This document shows, piece by piece, positions 50,238-62,070 of a stretch of 64,000 bases of DNA. Below the pieces are notes generated by a model. That model was not told where the DNA came from, did no database searches, and worked only from the letters and a program-made list of their open reading frames with translations. The stretch is taken from contig NC_043014.1 of the NCBI RefSeq assembly GCF_006345805.1, positions 42,346,001 to 42,410,000 of the forward strand, in the 5' to 3' direction. Origin of the DNA: Octopus sinensis. Its lineage: Eukaryota. Both the position numbers and the translations under genes were made by a program. Within the stretch, counting starts at the first letter, position 1, and each line of letters starts with the position of its first letter.

Positions 50238-51388
50238 AGCTCCAGTAAGACCGAAACCAGACTTAATCACTTCGGCCGCTTAAAGGGCCCTAAAAAAAAA
50301 AAAAGGACACATTAGAGACTGTAGCTCTAGTAAGACCGAAACCAGACTTAATCTCTTAGGCCGCTTAAAGGCCCCTAAAAAAAAAAAGGACACATTAGAG
50401 AATGTAGCTCGAGTAAGACCGAAACCAGACTTATCTCTTCGGTTGCTTAAAGGCCCCTAAAAAAAAAGGACACATTAGAGATTGTAGCTCTAGTAAGACC
50501 GAAACCAGATTTAATCTCTTCGGCCGCTTAAAGGCCCCTAAAAAAAAAAAGGACACAGAGATTGTAGCTCTTGTAAGACCGAAACCAGACTTAATCTCTT
50601 CGGCCGCTTAAAGGCCCCCTAAAAAAAAGGGCACATTAGAAATTGTAGCTCTAGTAAGACAGAAACCAGACTTAATCTCTTCGGTCACTTAAAGGCCCCT
50701 AAAAAAAAAAGGACACATTAGAGACTGTAGCTCTAGTAAGGCCGAAACCAGACTTAATCTCTTTGGCCGCTTAAAGACCCCTTAAAAAAAGGACACATTA
50801 GAAATTGTAGCTTCTAGTAAGACCGAAACCAGACTTAATCTCTTCGGCCGCTTAAAGGCCCCTAAAAAAAAAGGACACATTAGAGATTGTAGGTCTAGTA
50901 AGACCGAAACCAGACTTAATCTCTTCGGCCACTTAAAGCCCTCCCACCCCCAAAAAAGGGACACATTAGAGATTGTAGCTCTAGTAAGACCGAAACTAGA
51001 CTTAATCTCTTCGGCCGCTTAAAGGCCCCTAAAAAAAAAGGACACATTAGAGATTGTAGCTCCAGTAAGACCGAAACTAGACTTAATCTCTTCGGTCGCT
51101 TAAAGGCCCCTAAAAAAAAGGGACACAGAGATTGTAGCTCCAGTAAGACCGAAACTAGACTTAATCTCTTCAGTCGCTTAAAGGCCCCTAAAAAAAAGGG
51201 ACACATTAGAGATTGTAGCTCTAGTAAGACCGAAACCAGATTTAATCTCTTCGGCCGCTTAAAGGCCCCTAAAAAAAAAGGACACATTAGAGATTGTAGT
51301 TCTAGTAAGACCGAAACCAGATTTAATCTCTTCGGCCGCTTAAAGGCCCCTAAAAAAAAAGGACACATTAGAGATTGTAGCTCTAGTA
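50238..51388. repeat. Minisatellite, about 14 x 81 bp
   Basis: Unit agagattgtagctctagtaagaccgaaaccagacttaatctcttcggccgcttaaaggcccct(A)7-14ggacacatt. Confidence 0.95.
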
Positions 51389-51419
51389 CACTATATCTGC
51401 AAAAACAAAAGGTTTTTAG

Positions 51420-51746
51420 TTGAACAAACTGTCCCTAGGATTTATCTTTTTTTAAGCCTAGTACTTATCCTTATCAGTTTCTTTTTGCCAAACCACTAAG
51501 TTACAGGAACATAAACACACCAACACCGGTTGTCAAGTGGTAATGGGGGTGGGGGTGGGGTTGGAGGGTGGACAAACAGACACAGAAACACACACACATA
51601 TGAAAGGTTTCTTTCAGTTTCCGTCTACAAAATCCACTCACAAGGCTTTTGTTGGCTCGAGGCTATAGCAGAAGGCACTTGCCCAGGGTGGGACTGAACC
51701 CGGAATCATGCGGTTGGGAAGCATGCTTCTTACCACACAGCCACAC

Positions 51747-51750
<4 letters not shown>
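51420..51750 (-). mobile_element. SINE family A (diverged)
   Basis: aagcctagtacttat...ctttcagtttccgtctac...gggactgaacccgg...ccacacagcc. Confidence 0.75.
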
Positions 51751-51783
<33 letters not shown>

Positions 51784-52063
51784 TCATCATCATCATCGTT
51801 TAACGTCCGCTCTCCATGCTAGCATGGGTTGGACGGTTCAACTGGGGTCTGGGAAACCAGAAGGCTGCGCCAGGCTCCAGTCTGATCTGGCAGTGTTTCT
51901 ACAGCTGGATGCCCTTCCTAACGCCAACCACTCCATGAGTGTAGTGGGTGCTTTTTACGTGCCAGACGAGGCTGGCAAATGGCCACGACCGGAAGGTGCT
52001 TTTTACGTGCCACCGGCACGGAGGCCAGGCAAGGCTGGCAATGGCCACGATCGGATGGTGCTT
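51784..52063 (-). mobile_element. RTE-LINE 3' tail repeat
   Basis: catcatcatcgtttaacgtccg...cagctggatgcccttcctaacgcc...gctttttacgtgcc. Confidence 0.75.
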
Positions 52064-52351
52064 TGTGTGTGTGTATATCATCATCATCATCATATATATA
52101 TACACACACATGCACACTTCTTTTATTAAACCTACAAAAACATCATAAAAAAACTGTTACTCAGAGTTTCACATTTCCGTTTGTTGGACAGTTGTGATTT
52201 AGACCAGAATAAAATTGTGATGGTACATGTAATATATGATTTGATATAATCCAATTTGACAAATAAGCATTTGAATTTGATTGGGTAACTTACTTCCAAG
52301 ACATAAACAGTGTTGTATTTGCTAAGGAAGGTAATAATATATATATATATA

Positions 52352-52992
52352 TCATCATCATCGTTTAACGTCCGTTTTCCATGCCGGCATGGGTTGGATG
52401 GTTTGACTGAGGTCTGGAGAGCCAGTGGCTGCACCAGGCTCCAATCTGATCTAGCAATGTTTCTACATCTGGATGCCCTTCCTAATGCCAACCATTCTGA
52501 GTGTGAAGTGGGTGCTTTTTTATGTGCTGCTGGCACGGGAGCCAGTCAAGGGGTACTGGCATTGGCCACGTTCGAATGGTGCTTTTTATGTGCCACCGGC
52601 ACGGGGGCTGGTCAGGCAGACCTGTCACTGACCATGTTCAGATAGTGCTTTTTATGTACCACCAGCATGGGAGCCAGTCAGGGGGTACTGGCAGTGACCA
52701 CATTCGGATGGTACTTTTTATGTACCAGCAGCATGGGGACCAGGAGCCAGTCAGTGGGGCACTGATTTTGGTTTTACCTGACTCAACAGGTCTTCTCAAG
52801 CATATCATATCGCCCGACACATCAAGGGTACCCTTAAATAGGCCAGACATGCAACACTGGCATTGGCCATGGCTCTGACGTCACTTTAGTTGCCAGGCCT
52901 TCTCAATCACAGCATATCTCCAAAGATCTCGGTCTCCAGTTATTGTCTCTGTGAGGCCCACTGTTTGAAGGTCATGCTTCACCACTTGATCC
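52352..52992 (-). mobile_element. RTE-clade LINE 3' end: ORF remnant, tandem 60-70-bp units and tail
   Basis: Minus translation near 52990-52890 reads WDQVVKHDLQTVGLTETITGDRDLWRYAVIEK and is contiguous with the tandem units and the gcccttcc tail. This links that tail family to an RTE LINE. Confidence 0.75.
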
Positions 52993-53007
52993 AATATATA
53001 TATATAT

Positions 53008-53310
53008 GGAGGCGCAATGGCCCAGTGGTTAGGGCAGCAGACTCGCTGTCGTAGGATCGCGGTTTCGATTCCCAGACCGAGTCTTGTGAATGTTTATTGA
53101 GCGAAAACACCTAAAGCTCCTCGAGGCTCCAGCAGAGGGTGGTGGCGATCCCTGCTGTACTCTTTCGCTACAACTTTCTCTCACTCTTTCTTCTGTTGGC
53201 CTGCTCATTTAGCCAGCGGGTTGGCATCAATCGAAGGCTAAAACAATGCGAAGCGCATTGTGACCAGCAATGTGTAGTAACATCTGATAGCCTGGTTGGT
53301 CACGGTGATA
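53008..53310 (+). mobile_element. tRNA-derived SINE (third type)
   Basis: ggaggcgcaatggcccagtggttagggcag..(A box)..ggtttcgattccc (B box), inserted in (TA)n; no complete tRNA acceptor stem. Confidence 0.65.
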
Positions 53311-53381
53311 TATATATATATATAAAAACTTCTTGTTTAAACCAGGTAATAATTTACATGAATTCTAAAGTAGAAATATTC

Positions 53382-53496
53382 TGTACATTATTTACAATGG
53401 ATGGATAGGTGTCCTCACCTTGACCTTTTTTTTAATGAAGGTTCGCTTGCAGTATACGAATGAGGGCACCAATCTGTCCATTGTAAATAATGTACA
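53382..53496. repeat. Inverted repeat (about 36-bp arms), probable small MITE
   Basis: tgtacattatttacaatggatggataggtgtcctca / tgagggcaccaatctgtccattgtaaataatgtaca. Confidence 0.7.
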
Positions 53497-53789
53497 TAAT
53501 TCCTCATCTCAGAAATATAGAATAGAAATTTTCTATGTTCTGAATATTTAAAGATTAAAATAGCCACAACAGACATCCTTCCAAGTGAAATACATTTGAG
53601 AGAAAGGTAATTAATCCCTTACAGGAATTAACAGGAGCAAATGACATGCAACGGATTTCTTTTTCAGGCACAGGGCGTTTGTTTATTTTGGTTTTGCAAG
53701 TTCAAGTGCAAGAAATTGAGATTGCAGCTGATTCGCTCAAGTTGTTTTGCAGGCATTCATCATCATCATCTTCATCGTTTAAACGTCCG

Positions 53790-54190
53790 AGGCATAGGAG
53801 TGGCTGTGTGGTAAGTAGCTTGCTTACCAACCACATGGTTCCTGGTTCAGTCCCACTACGTGGCACTACGGGCCGACCAAAGCCTTGTGAGTGGATTTGG
53901 TAGACGGAAACTGAAAGAAGCCCATCGTATATATGTATATATATTTATATATGTATGTATGTATGTGTGTGTATATGTTTGTGTGTCTGTGTTTGTCCCC
54001 CCAACATCGCATGACAACCGATGCTGGTGTGTTTACGTCCCCGTAACTTAGCAGTTCGGCAAAAGAGACTGATAAAATAAGTACTAGGCTTACAAAGAAT
54101 AAGTCCTGGGGTCGATCTGCTCGACTAAAGGCGGTGCTCCAGCATGGCCACAGTCAAATGACTGAAACAAGTAAAAGAGTAAAAAGAGAG
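53790..54190 (+). mobile_element. SINE family A inserted into an RTE tail repeat
   Basis: The host reads catcgtttaaacgtccg|SINE|gtccgctttccatgctagc. Confidence 0.82.
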
Positions 54191-56261
54191 AGTCCGCTTT
54201 CCATGCTAGCATGGGTTGGACGGTTCAACTGGGGTCTGGGAAGCCAGGAAGCTGCACCAGGCCCAGTGTAATCTGGCAGTGTTTCTACAGCTTATGGAGC
54301 TCCTCAAGATTACTGAAGGGCCCAAATCAATCCCGGTTGAATTTGAAGTTGGAAAAAAGAAGCAAAGCAAAAAACTAGCAGAGCATTACTTGTCCCTCTG
54401 TGCCAGTTCTGACATCCTAGAAAGTTGGGTATCTTGTTTAAGTAAAAAGTAACGGAATAGGGAGTAAAGTTAAGGTTAGAGGCAGATGCAATGGACAAAC
54501 AGGCGCAGTATTTCGAGCCAATCAAAGATGAGATGGGTCCAAAAAGTCTGTGGAGATATCAATGGAAAAGATACATTCCCAATAAAGAAAATATACATTC
54601 TGATGATTTGCAAACAAGACTGAAAGGTTCTGGATGAGAAAAAACACCCAAATTCCAAACCCTACACAAAACCAAAACATCAGATAATTAAAAAAATATG
54701 GGTTCTGGAATTGAGTGTTAAAAAGTGATGGTGGTATTTATCAGTTTGCCAAGGTGGCAAGTTGGCAGAATTGTCAGAGTCTTGAACAAGTGCTGCAACA
54801 TCTTTTCCAGATCTTTATGTCCTGAGTTCAAACACAGCTGAGGTCAACATAGCCTTTCATCTTTCTCAGGGGTGATAAAATAAACACCAGTTGAACACTG
54901 GGGTCGATGTAATCAACTTAAACCCTCTCCTAAAATCACTAACCTTGTGCCAAAAATCAGAAAGAATTATTATTACTATTATCGTTATTTTTATTATTAT
55001 TATTATTATTGTGATCCTTTTGGGGTCGATTAATTAAGTACCAGTGAAACACAGGAGTCAATATCATCGATTAGTCCCCTCCCCACAAATTTCAGCCCTT
55101 GTACCTTTAGTAGAAAAGATTATTATTATTATTATAATTTTTGTTCTGGACATCATTAATTTTTCAACCAAGGTCTTGTTACAGAGCCTCACTTATAGGT
55201 TACGGATGGCAGTTTGATATATGAAGGACATGGATCTGTCAGAAGACCGTTGAAAAGAAGCCAGGACGCAGATCTCATTAAATGCAAACTCACCAAAGAC
55301 TGTTTTCAACTTCTATTATATACAGTGCTATGGTAACTAATCTGTGTACATGTGTGTGTGTATGTACGTATCATCTTAGACTATTCTCTCTCTCTGTGTA
55401 TGAAACCTAACACGTTCCAACCAGTATAGATAGATAGACATTGCAACAATATTAAAGATGTATTTTAGATAACTAATTAGAAATAATACTGGTAATTACA
55501 TATGCATACATATATACATAGATGCACACACAAGGGTATTTTTGTATGCATATATACACAAATAGACTTGTGTGTGCATTTATGTATGCATAGTTACACG
55601 TGTGTGTATATAGACGTATATAAATGCATACATACATATACACAATTATCTCTGAGTATAATATGCCCACACAAACAGGCAATGCATTCATCTGATTGAA
55701 GGTAAGTCGACACAAATTAAATGAAAAGCAACAGGAATCCATCTACTTTCACAGATAAAAAAAAACAACAACAAAATGAACAACAACAACAACACGCATA
55801 TACACACAACAACAACAACAACAACTTGCAGTCATTAACTGGTAACTAGGACATCTCTACGTTTTCTGTTTGTGTTACAAGTATTAAACATGGTTGCTGG
55901 ATTCTCGCTTATACACTATCATGTCACAATCAAATAAACAACCATTAACGATGATCGGTCCATTGATGATGGCGATGATGATGATGATGAGTGACCAGAA
56001 GACTTACTGTTTCAATCAGATTTTTTTTTTGTTGTTTTTGTTTATTTTTATCTCTCCCCATAACTGCTTTTATCTGAAATGGATTGCTATTTTATTATAT
56101 GGACCAGATAAAACTTACAGTTGGATAGTTAGAAGTTAGCTGTGCTGAAAGGAAACCAATGTTACATATATATTATCTATAATATATATCTGTAGCCTAT
56201 ATTTACTGCTGAATAATTTTAAGGCACCAATTATTATTATCTTTACTGTCTACTTTGTGAT

Positions 56262-56592
56262 GATGCATGGCTCAGTGGTTAGGGTGTCGAACTTACGATC
56301 GTGAGGTTGTGAGCTCGAATCCCGGACCGGGCTACGTGTTGTGTTCTTGAGCAAGACACTTTATTTCACGTTGCTCCAGTTCACTCAGCTGTAGAAATAA
56401 GTTGCGATGTCACAGGTGCCAAGCTGTATTGGCCGTTGCCTTTCCCTTGGATAACACTGGTGTCGTGGAGAGGGGAGGCTGGTATGCATGGGCGACTGCT
56501 GGTCTTCCATAAACAACCTTGCCCGGACTTGTGCCTGGGAGGATAACTTTCTAGGTGCAATTCCATGGTCTGTGTCGTGACCGAAGGGGGTC
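56262..56592 (+). mobile_element. tRNA-derived CORE-like SINE (family C)
   Basis: tggctcagtggttagggtg..gagctcgaatcccgg..gtgttcttgagcaagacact. Related diverged heads lie on the minus strand near 13.4, 42.5 and 44.2 kb. Confidence 0.7.
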
Positions 56593-56746
56593 TCAGAACT
56601 TTGTGATCAGATGTACATGAATGTCCCCAACATTTAATCAAGTCTTTAAAACTGGCTGCTTTGAGTGGTACTTCAAAGGAATGTGCCAATATTTTCTTTG
56701 GAAAAGAATGAATGTTTTAAATTTTTAACTGTGTGTGTGTGTGTGT

Positions 56747-56793
<47 letters not shown>

Positions 56794-56825
56794 AGAAAGA
56801 GAGGCTTGTGGCTTAGTGGTTAGAT

Positions 56826-57025
56826 CAGTGGTTTTCAACCAGGGTTCCGCCAGTACCACCAGGGGTTCCGCAAAATTTTACAAAACTGCTAAAATCGGCA
56901 GTAATTTTTAATTCTCCTGTGCATATATGTGTGCATAAGACTATTAAATTATTGCACAGGGGTTCCTCGAGCCAGTGGAATGTTTCCTTGGGGTTCCGCT
57001 CCAGCAAAAAGCTTGAAAAGCACTG
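56826..57025. mobile_element. hAT-like MITE, TSD GGTTAGAT, inserted in a SINE head
   Basis: TIRs CAGTGGTTTTCAA / TTGAAAAGCACTG; ggttagat at 56818-56825 and 57026-57033. Confidence 0.88.
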
Positions 57026-57670
57026 GGTTAGATTGTCAGGCTCATGATCATAAGGTTCCAGGTTTGATCCCTGGACTGACCAGCATATTGTGTCCTTGAA
57101 GTAAGACACCTCATTTGATCTTGGTATAGTCTCAATTCAGTACTAGACAAGTACTGATGAAGCACTTACTCCTTCCAGCAGACACATCCCGGCAAACTTC
57201 TTACCACTCAGCCACACCTAATGACCAGACTATTGCATGATGCTGTACATTGCTAGTCACAATATGCTTCCCAGCATTGCAGCTTCCAAATGATACCATG
57301 CCACTGTCGAGGAGGGTAGACCACACACATATATATATATATATATAGATCATCATTATTGTCATCATTTAACGCCCACTTTCCATGCCGGCATGGGTTG
57401 GACATATATAAGTTTGCTTGGATTCATGTTCAGCCTGATATTGAATGAATTCAACTGTTGCTAGCTGAAGACAATCTTTTAATTAAATAATTTCTGTAAT
57501 GAAATCTTTCAAGGATCTTGCATGTAAATATACAACCCTATTATGTTAGGATATTGAAGTAAATTTGGTGTACTTAGAGTCACTTTAAACAATGCTGGGT
57601 TTCAAGTACTTTTGTTTTTATTATTAATCTATCATCATCATCACCATCACCACCACCACCACCACCACCA

Positions 57671-57702
<32 letters not shown>

Positions 57703-58179
57703 TCCAGTGTTTTAAATCCTAGTTTTGTCCCTGTTAATGGGGGTGGTGGTGGATCTGACCTCAATGCCATAGCAACCAAGGTAGGCAGGTGCAGCACACC
57801 CCAACCTTTGGGCTGGTTGGTGCCCATTCTCCTTTGCTATCATGAGGCTTTGTTGGAGCTGGATTTTCTATGGGAAGCATGCCCAACCTCAGTTTCTAGA
57901 CACGAGTGGTCCAGAGGCCAAGGCCTCTACCACGATTTTTAAGAAATGTGGTGGAAAACTAGCTCAGGAAGGTAGGGATGCTACTCCCTGAGACTCATTT
58001 CGGGGCCCTCCCAACCTATATAATCTATACCATGAATATATGAGTTAATTCAGAGAAGAGTGGCACATATACACTGTGCAGCATTAATCAACTGATCAAG
58101 TAAAATAAATCAAGTCTAAACTAAATTACCTGCCTACAACTAACAAGAGATTCAATACAGCCATACACACACACACCTA

Positions 58180-58494
58180 TCTATCAATATCTATAAAACA
58201 GAAATGCGAAAACGTTGTTTGATTTCTTGGTTATTTGTCTCCTTTTGGAATGGTAATGGTTTTGGCACCAAAATTTACACTGGGGAGTAAAATGGTGTGG
58301 GCAATGGCATGAGGAGGGCTGCAAGTTGCTTGGGGCTACCGTTTGGTTGCCATAGTGAAGAATATGGGGAAAAATTGAGTTATATGGGATAGACAAGTTG
58401 AGCTCTTTGAATAACAGTGGGAGACAACACGCACAAAACACCACCACCACCACCACCACCAAAACCTGAGCGAAGCACGGGTCAAAATAGCTAG
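58180..58494 (+). mobile_element. Non-autonomous Helitron-like element
   Basis: A|TCtatcaatatctataaaa start; subterminal hairpin cctgagcgaagcacggg; end CTAG|T. Confidence 0.6.
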
Positions 58495-58664
58495 TCTATA
58501 TATATATTTTTGGCCATGTATCAACACATGTGTTTCTCTGGGTTATCTGGTCCTCTTTTTCCTTTTTCTTCCCCTCTGGTTTTTTCCCCTCTTTCTGATG
58601 AAGGAATGCCATTTCCACTCCGATTTTACCATTTGAAACTGTCACTGAGCATCAATCTAGTATA

Positions 58665-58896
58665 TATTTCTTTATTGTCCACAAGGGGCTAAACATAGAG
58701 GGGACAAACAAAGACAGACAAACAGATTAAGTCGATTACATCAACCCCAGTGCGAAACTTGTACTTAATTTATCGACCCCGAAAGGATGAAAGGCAAAGT
58801 CGACCTCGGCGGAATTTGAACTCAGAACGTAACTACAGACGAAATACTGCTAAGCATTCCGCCCGACGTTCTAACGTTTCTGCCAGCTCGCCGCCT
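58665..58896 (-). mobile_element. SINE family B, full-length monomer
   Basis: Same head and body as 37162-37390; aatctagtata flanks both sides (possible TSD). Confidence 0.85.
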
Positions 58897-59111
58897 TAAT
58901 CTAGTATAGTCACTGTGTACAGCTAACCGACTTTCGTTGTTTTTTTATTTTTCATTTACCTTGTGTGTGTGTGTGTGTTTGATTTTAATTGAAAAACTGA
59001 GCTACAACTTTTTCAACGGGGAATATAATATGAAAGGAAGAAAATATATACCGCAATTTAACGCTAAATTACGAGCATGATTTACAGATAAGTAGACATA
59101 GTGTGTGTGTG

Positions 59112-59143
<32 letters not shown>

Positions 59144-59534
59144 ATGTGTGTCAAAGGCCCACACTCTGCATCATGCAATGAAAATTACTCCACTAAATCC
59201 TGTTGCTGCCGGGAACAGGATTATACAATAATTGCCCCATTGACAGTTGACCAATCAACGATTTCGCTCAATCTACTACCGTCAGTTCATCTTGGACCCA
59301 TTTCATTGGCGATTGATGACTGTGGAACACTTCTATAGCTCATTGTCTAAACTGTTCCTTGACTGAAAAAAAACCAAAAAAAAAAACCGATGTTTTTTTT
59401 TTTTTTAGTTTACAAATGCTGCGCTCGTATCCCTCAAATGGTTTCTGAGAAAGCAACAGGAAACCACTTGGGTGTATCATCTTCCTTTGAACCCCCTGCT
59501 AGGTTCATCCAGGCAATGGTTTCCTCTGCCAATG

Positions 59535-59933
59535 TATTTCTTTACTGCCCACAAGGGGCTAAACATAGAGGGGGGGCAAACAAGGACAGACAAAGGGATT
59601 AAGTCGATTACATCGACCCCCAGTTGGAAACTGGTACTTTATTCATCAACCCCGAAAGGATGAAAGGCAAAGTCGACCTCGGTGGAATTTGAACTCAGAA
59701 CGTAACGACAGACGAAATATACGTATTTCTTTACTACCCACAAGGGGCTAAACACAGAGAGGACAGACAAACGGATTAAGTCGATTATATCGACCCCAGT
59801 GCGTAACTGGTACTTTATTCATCGACCCCAAAAGGATGAAAGGCAAAGTCGACCTCGGTGGAATTTGAACTCAGAACGTAACGACAGACAAAATACGGCT
59901 ACGCATTTCGCCCGGCGTGCTAACGTTTCTGCC
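59535..59933 (-). mobile_element. Dimeric SINE family B
   Basis: Two body units joined at gacgaaatatacgtatttcttta. Confidence 0.83.
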
Positions 59934-60559
59934 AATGACCGACTGGATTGCAGGCGAATAATATCTAGCAACGGGGACATTTATTCCACCTTGTGCAGCA
60001 GCATGGAAGCCAATTTCGATCGTAGCTGTTTTATTGGTTTGTCTGTCGAACTAATAACTAACGAGTTTTTATGATTATTAAGGCACAGCTGGAACGAATA
60101 TAGTAAAACTCCACAGTACTCGAAATTCTGTTAATGGCAAACATTAACGCGAAGTAAATAAGTTATACAAGAATTAGTTCACAGTTGTCCTTTTGATTTT
60201 CATATTAATAAGAAGATGGTGAACCGACTTTTGGTTAGACGATGGCTAAGGTGGGTGCTTAATCTGTTTTGTGTTTTTACTTCATCACGACAATAGGTCA
60301 GCGCCGTGAACCCCCTATCGCAACAGATCTTACTGAGCTGTTGCCATAATTACATTTATGTAATCATTTCCTGTTGATGTGATTATATTAAATACACATC
60401 TACAATCATCGCAAACTCTTCTTGTTGATAACGGTGGTAGCGTTTCACCTTAATCTTATTAAAACGGCGTGTCTGTGAGTCTGTGTACCAGTATGTGAGT
60501 ATGTGTGTATATGCAGTTTGTGTGTGTGTGAGAACATATACGTTTGTGTGTGCATGTAC

Positions 60560-60586
60560 ATATACATACAAACATTTATATATATA

Positions 60587-60662
<76 letters not shown>

Positions 60663-61017
60663 AATATGTACACACATATACATATATATACATACACACA
60701 CACATATATACACACACAAATACATGTACACACACATATACATATATATATACACACACACATATATACATACACACACATATACACATATATATACACA
60801 CAAATACATGTACACACACATATACATATATATATACACACACACATATATACATACATATATACACACACACATACATATATGTACACACATACACACA
60901 CACACATATATATATATGTACACACATATACACACATACATATATGTACACACATATATACACACACACATACATATATGTACACACATACACACACACA
61001 TACATATATGTATACAC

Positions 61018-61061
<44 letters not shown>

Positions 61062-61120
61062 ATATATATACATACATACATACATACATATGTATATGAA
61101 AACACCTACATATATGTACA
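60560..61120. repeat. Compound (AT/AC)n microsatellite with higher-order repeats
   Basis: Direct inspection; recurring caaatacatgtacacac. Confidence 0.93.
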
Positions 61121-61731
61121 TGGAATGAAGAAAGACTGGCTGTATGCATTAAGATCCTCTTAGCAATTTGCAATTTGACAACACTTTAATGGTAACATGC
61201 AACATAGATACACTGGAATATATACGTATGATTACTGCTGTTTAGTCAACCACTATGTAATATCTCGTTCAAGTGGAAGGCTGACGATATGAGCGGTACA
61301 GTACATTTCCATGATATACTATTTACGTCTGTCTGTCCATCACTACCTCTCTCTCTTCCTCTCTCTCTCACACACACGCATGCACACAAACCACATAGAA
61401 TAGAATTAATCTTTATCTCATGTGTGTATATTAAAAGAAGAATATCGGTGGCTTTTCCTAAGTCTAGCATGGATAACAAATGCAAAATGTTTTTATATAT
61501 AAAAAATAAAATTTAAAAAGGAAAAAAAAAAAAAAGGTAATGTTTATATTTGGCAACAAAATCTTAAGTTGAGATTCTGAGAAACTGGTCTGATTAAAGA
61601 CTGGAAACTATTTAGACATATTGTGTTGTAATGTTTCATACCTACAATACACATATATACATATATATATATATGTTGATTTGCTAGCTTCTGCACGCAT
61701 TTTTTTTCTCTCCGTGTTTCTTTTCTGTGTA

Positions 61732-61769
61732 TCTTTCTGTTGAAGAGCGTAGGCTTGAAACGTTAAAGA
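61732..61769 (+). ncRNA. Degenerate minimal hammerhead ribozyme motif in a Penelope-type fragment
   Basis: tcttt-CTGTTGA-a-gagc-gtag-gctt-GAAA-cgt-t-aaaga: stem I 5 bp, stem II 4 bp, conserved core A replaced by T. Confidence 0.5.
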
Positions 61770-61866
61770 CTTGTTTTATTTATATTCCTGAGCGCCATAC
61801 TAATACAATTGTTTGTTTATATTCCACCTGCCTTCGTCTTTTGTTTATTTTCATAAAGCTTCCCGT

Positions 61867-61904
<38 letters not shown>

Positions 61905-62035
61905 ATATAATATATATATATATATAAATATAAAGTTAATCCAAACATGGAAACACAAAGAGAAAACACAACAACGCGAGGACGTGGAACAAATATGGTA
62001 TTATTGGACGCTCAGGAAGGAAGGAAAGAAGGCGG

Positions 62036-62070
62036 GTTTTACGTTTCGAGCAGAGCTCTTCGTCAGAAAC
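62036..62070 (-). ncRNA. Minimal type I hammerhead ribozyme motif in a Penelope-type fragment
   Basis: Minus: gttt-CTGACGA-a-gagc-tct-gctc-GAAA-cgt-a-aaac. Intact core, stems I and II, palindromic ACGT in place of stem III, GUA cleavage triplet. Confidence 0.68.

Noticed and set aside
50205-50265. Hammerhead-like CTGAGGA...GAAAC at the start of the 81-bp array
   Set aside because: Stem II is mismatched, there is no correctly placed UH or stem III, and the repeat units lack the CUGANGA core.
50238-51388. Possible CRISPR array or repeat-protein ORF (50916-51368)
   Set aside because: There are no unique spacers and no cas genes, the context is eukaryotic, and variable A-runs shift the frame between units.
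53008-53080. tRNA gene candidates (also SINE heads at 23.3, 37.2 and 56.3 kb)
   Set aside because: A and B boxes are present but there is no complete cloverleaf, and each continues into a repeated SINE body.
58590-58645. CTGATGAAG in a pyrimidine-rich fragment after (TA)n, resembling a third hammerhead
   Set aside because: No GAAA follows the putative stem II; at best a broken relic.
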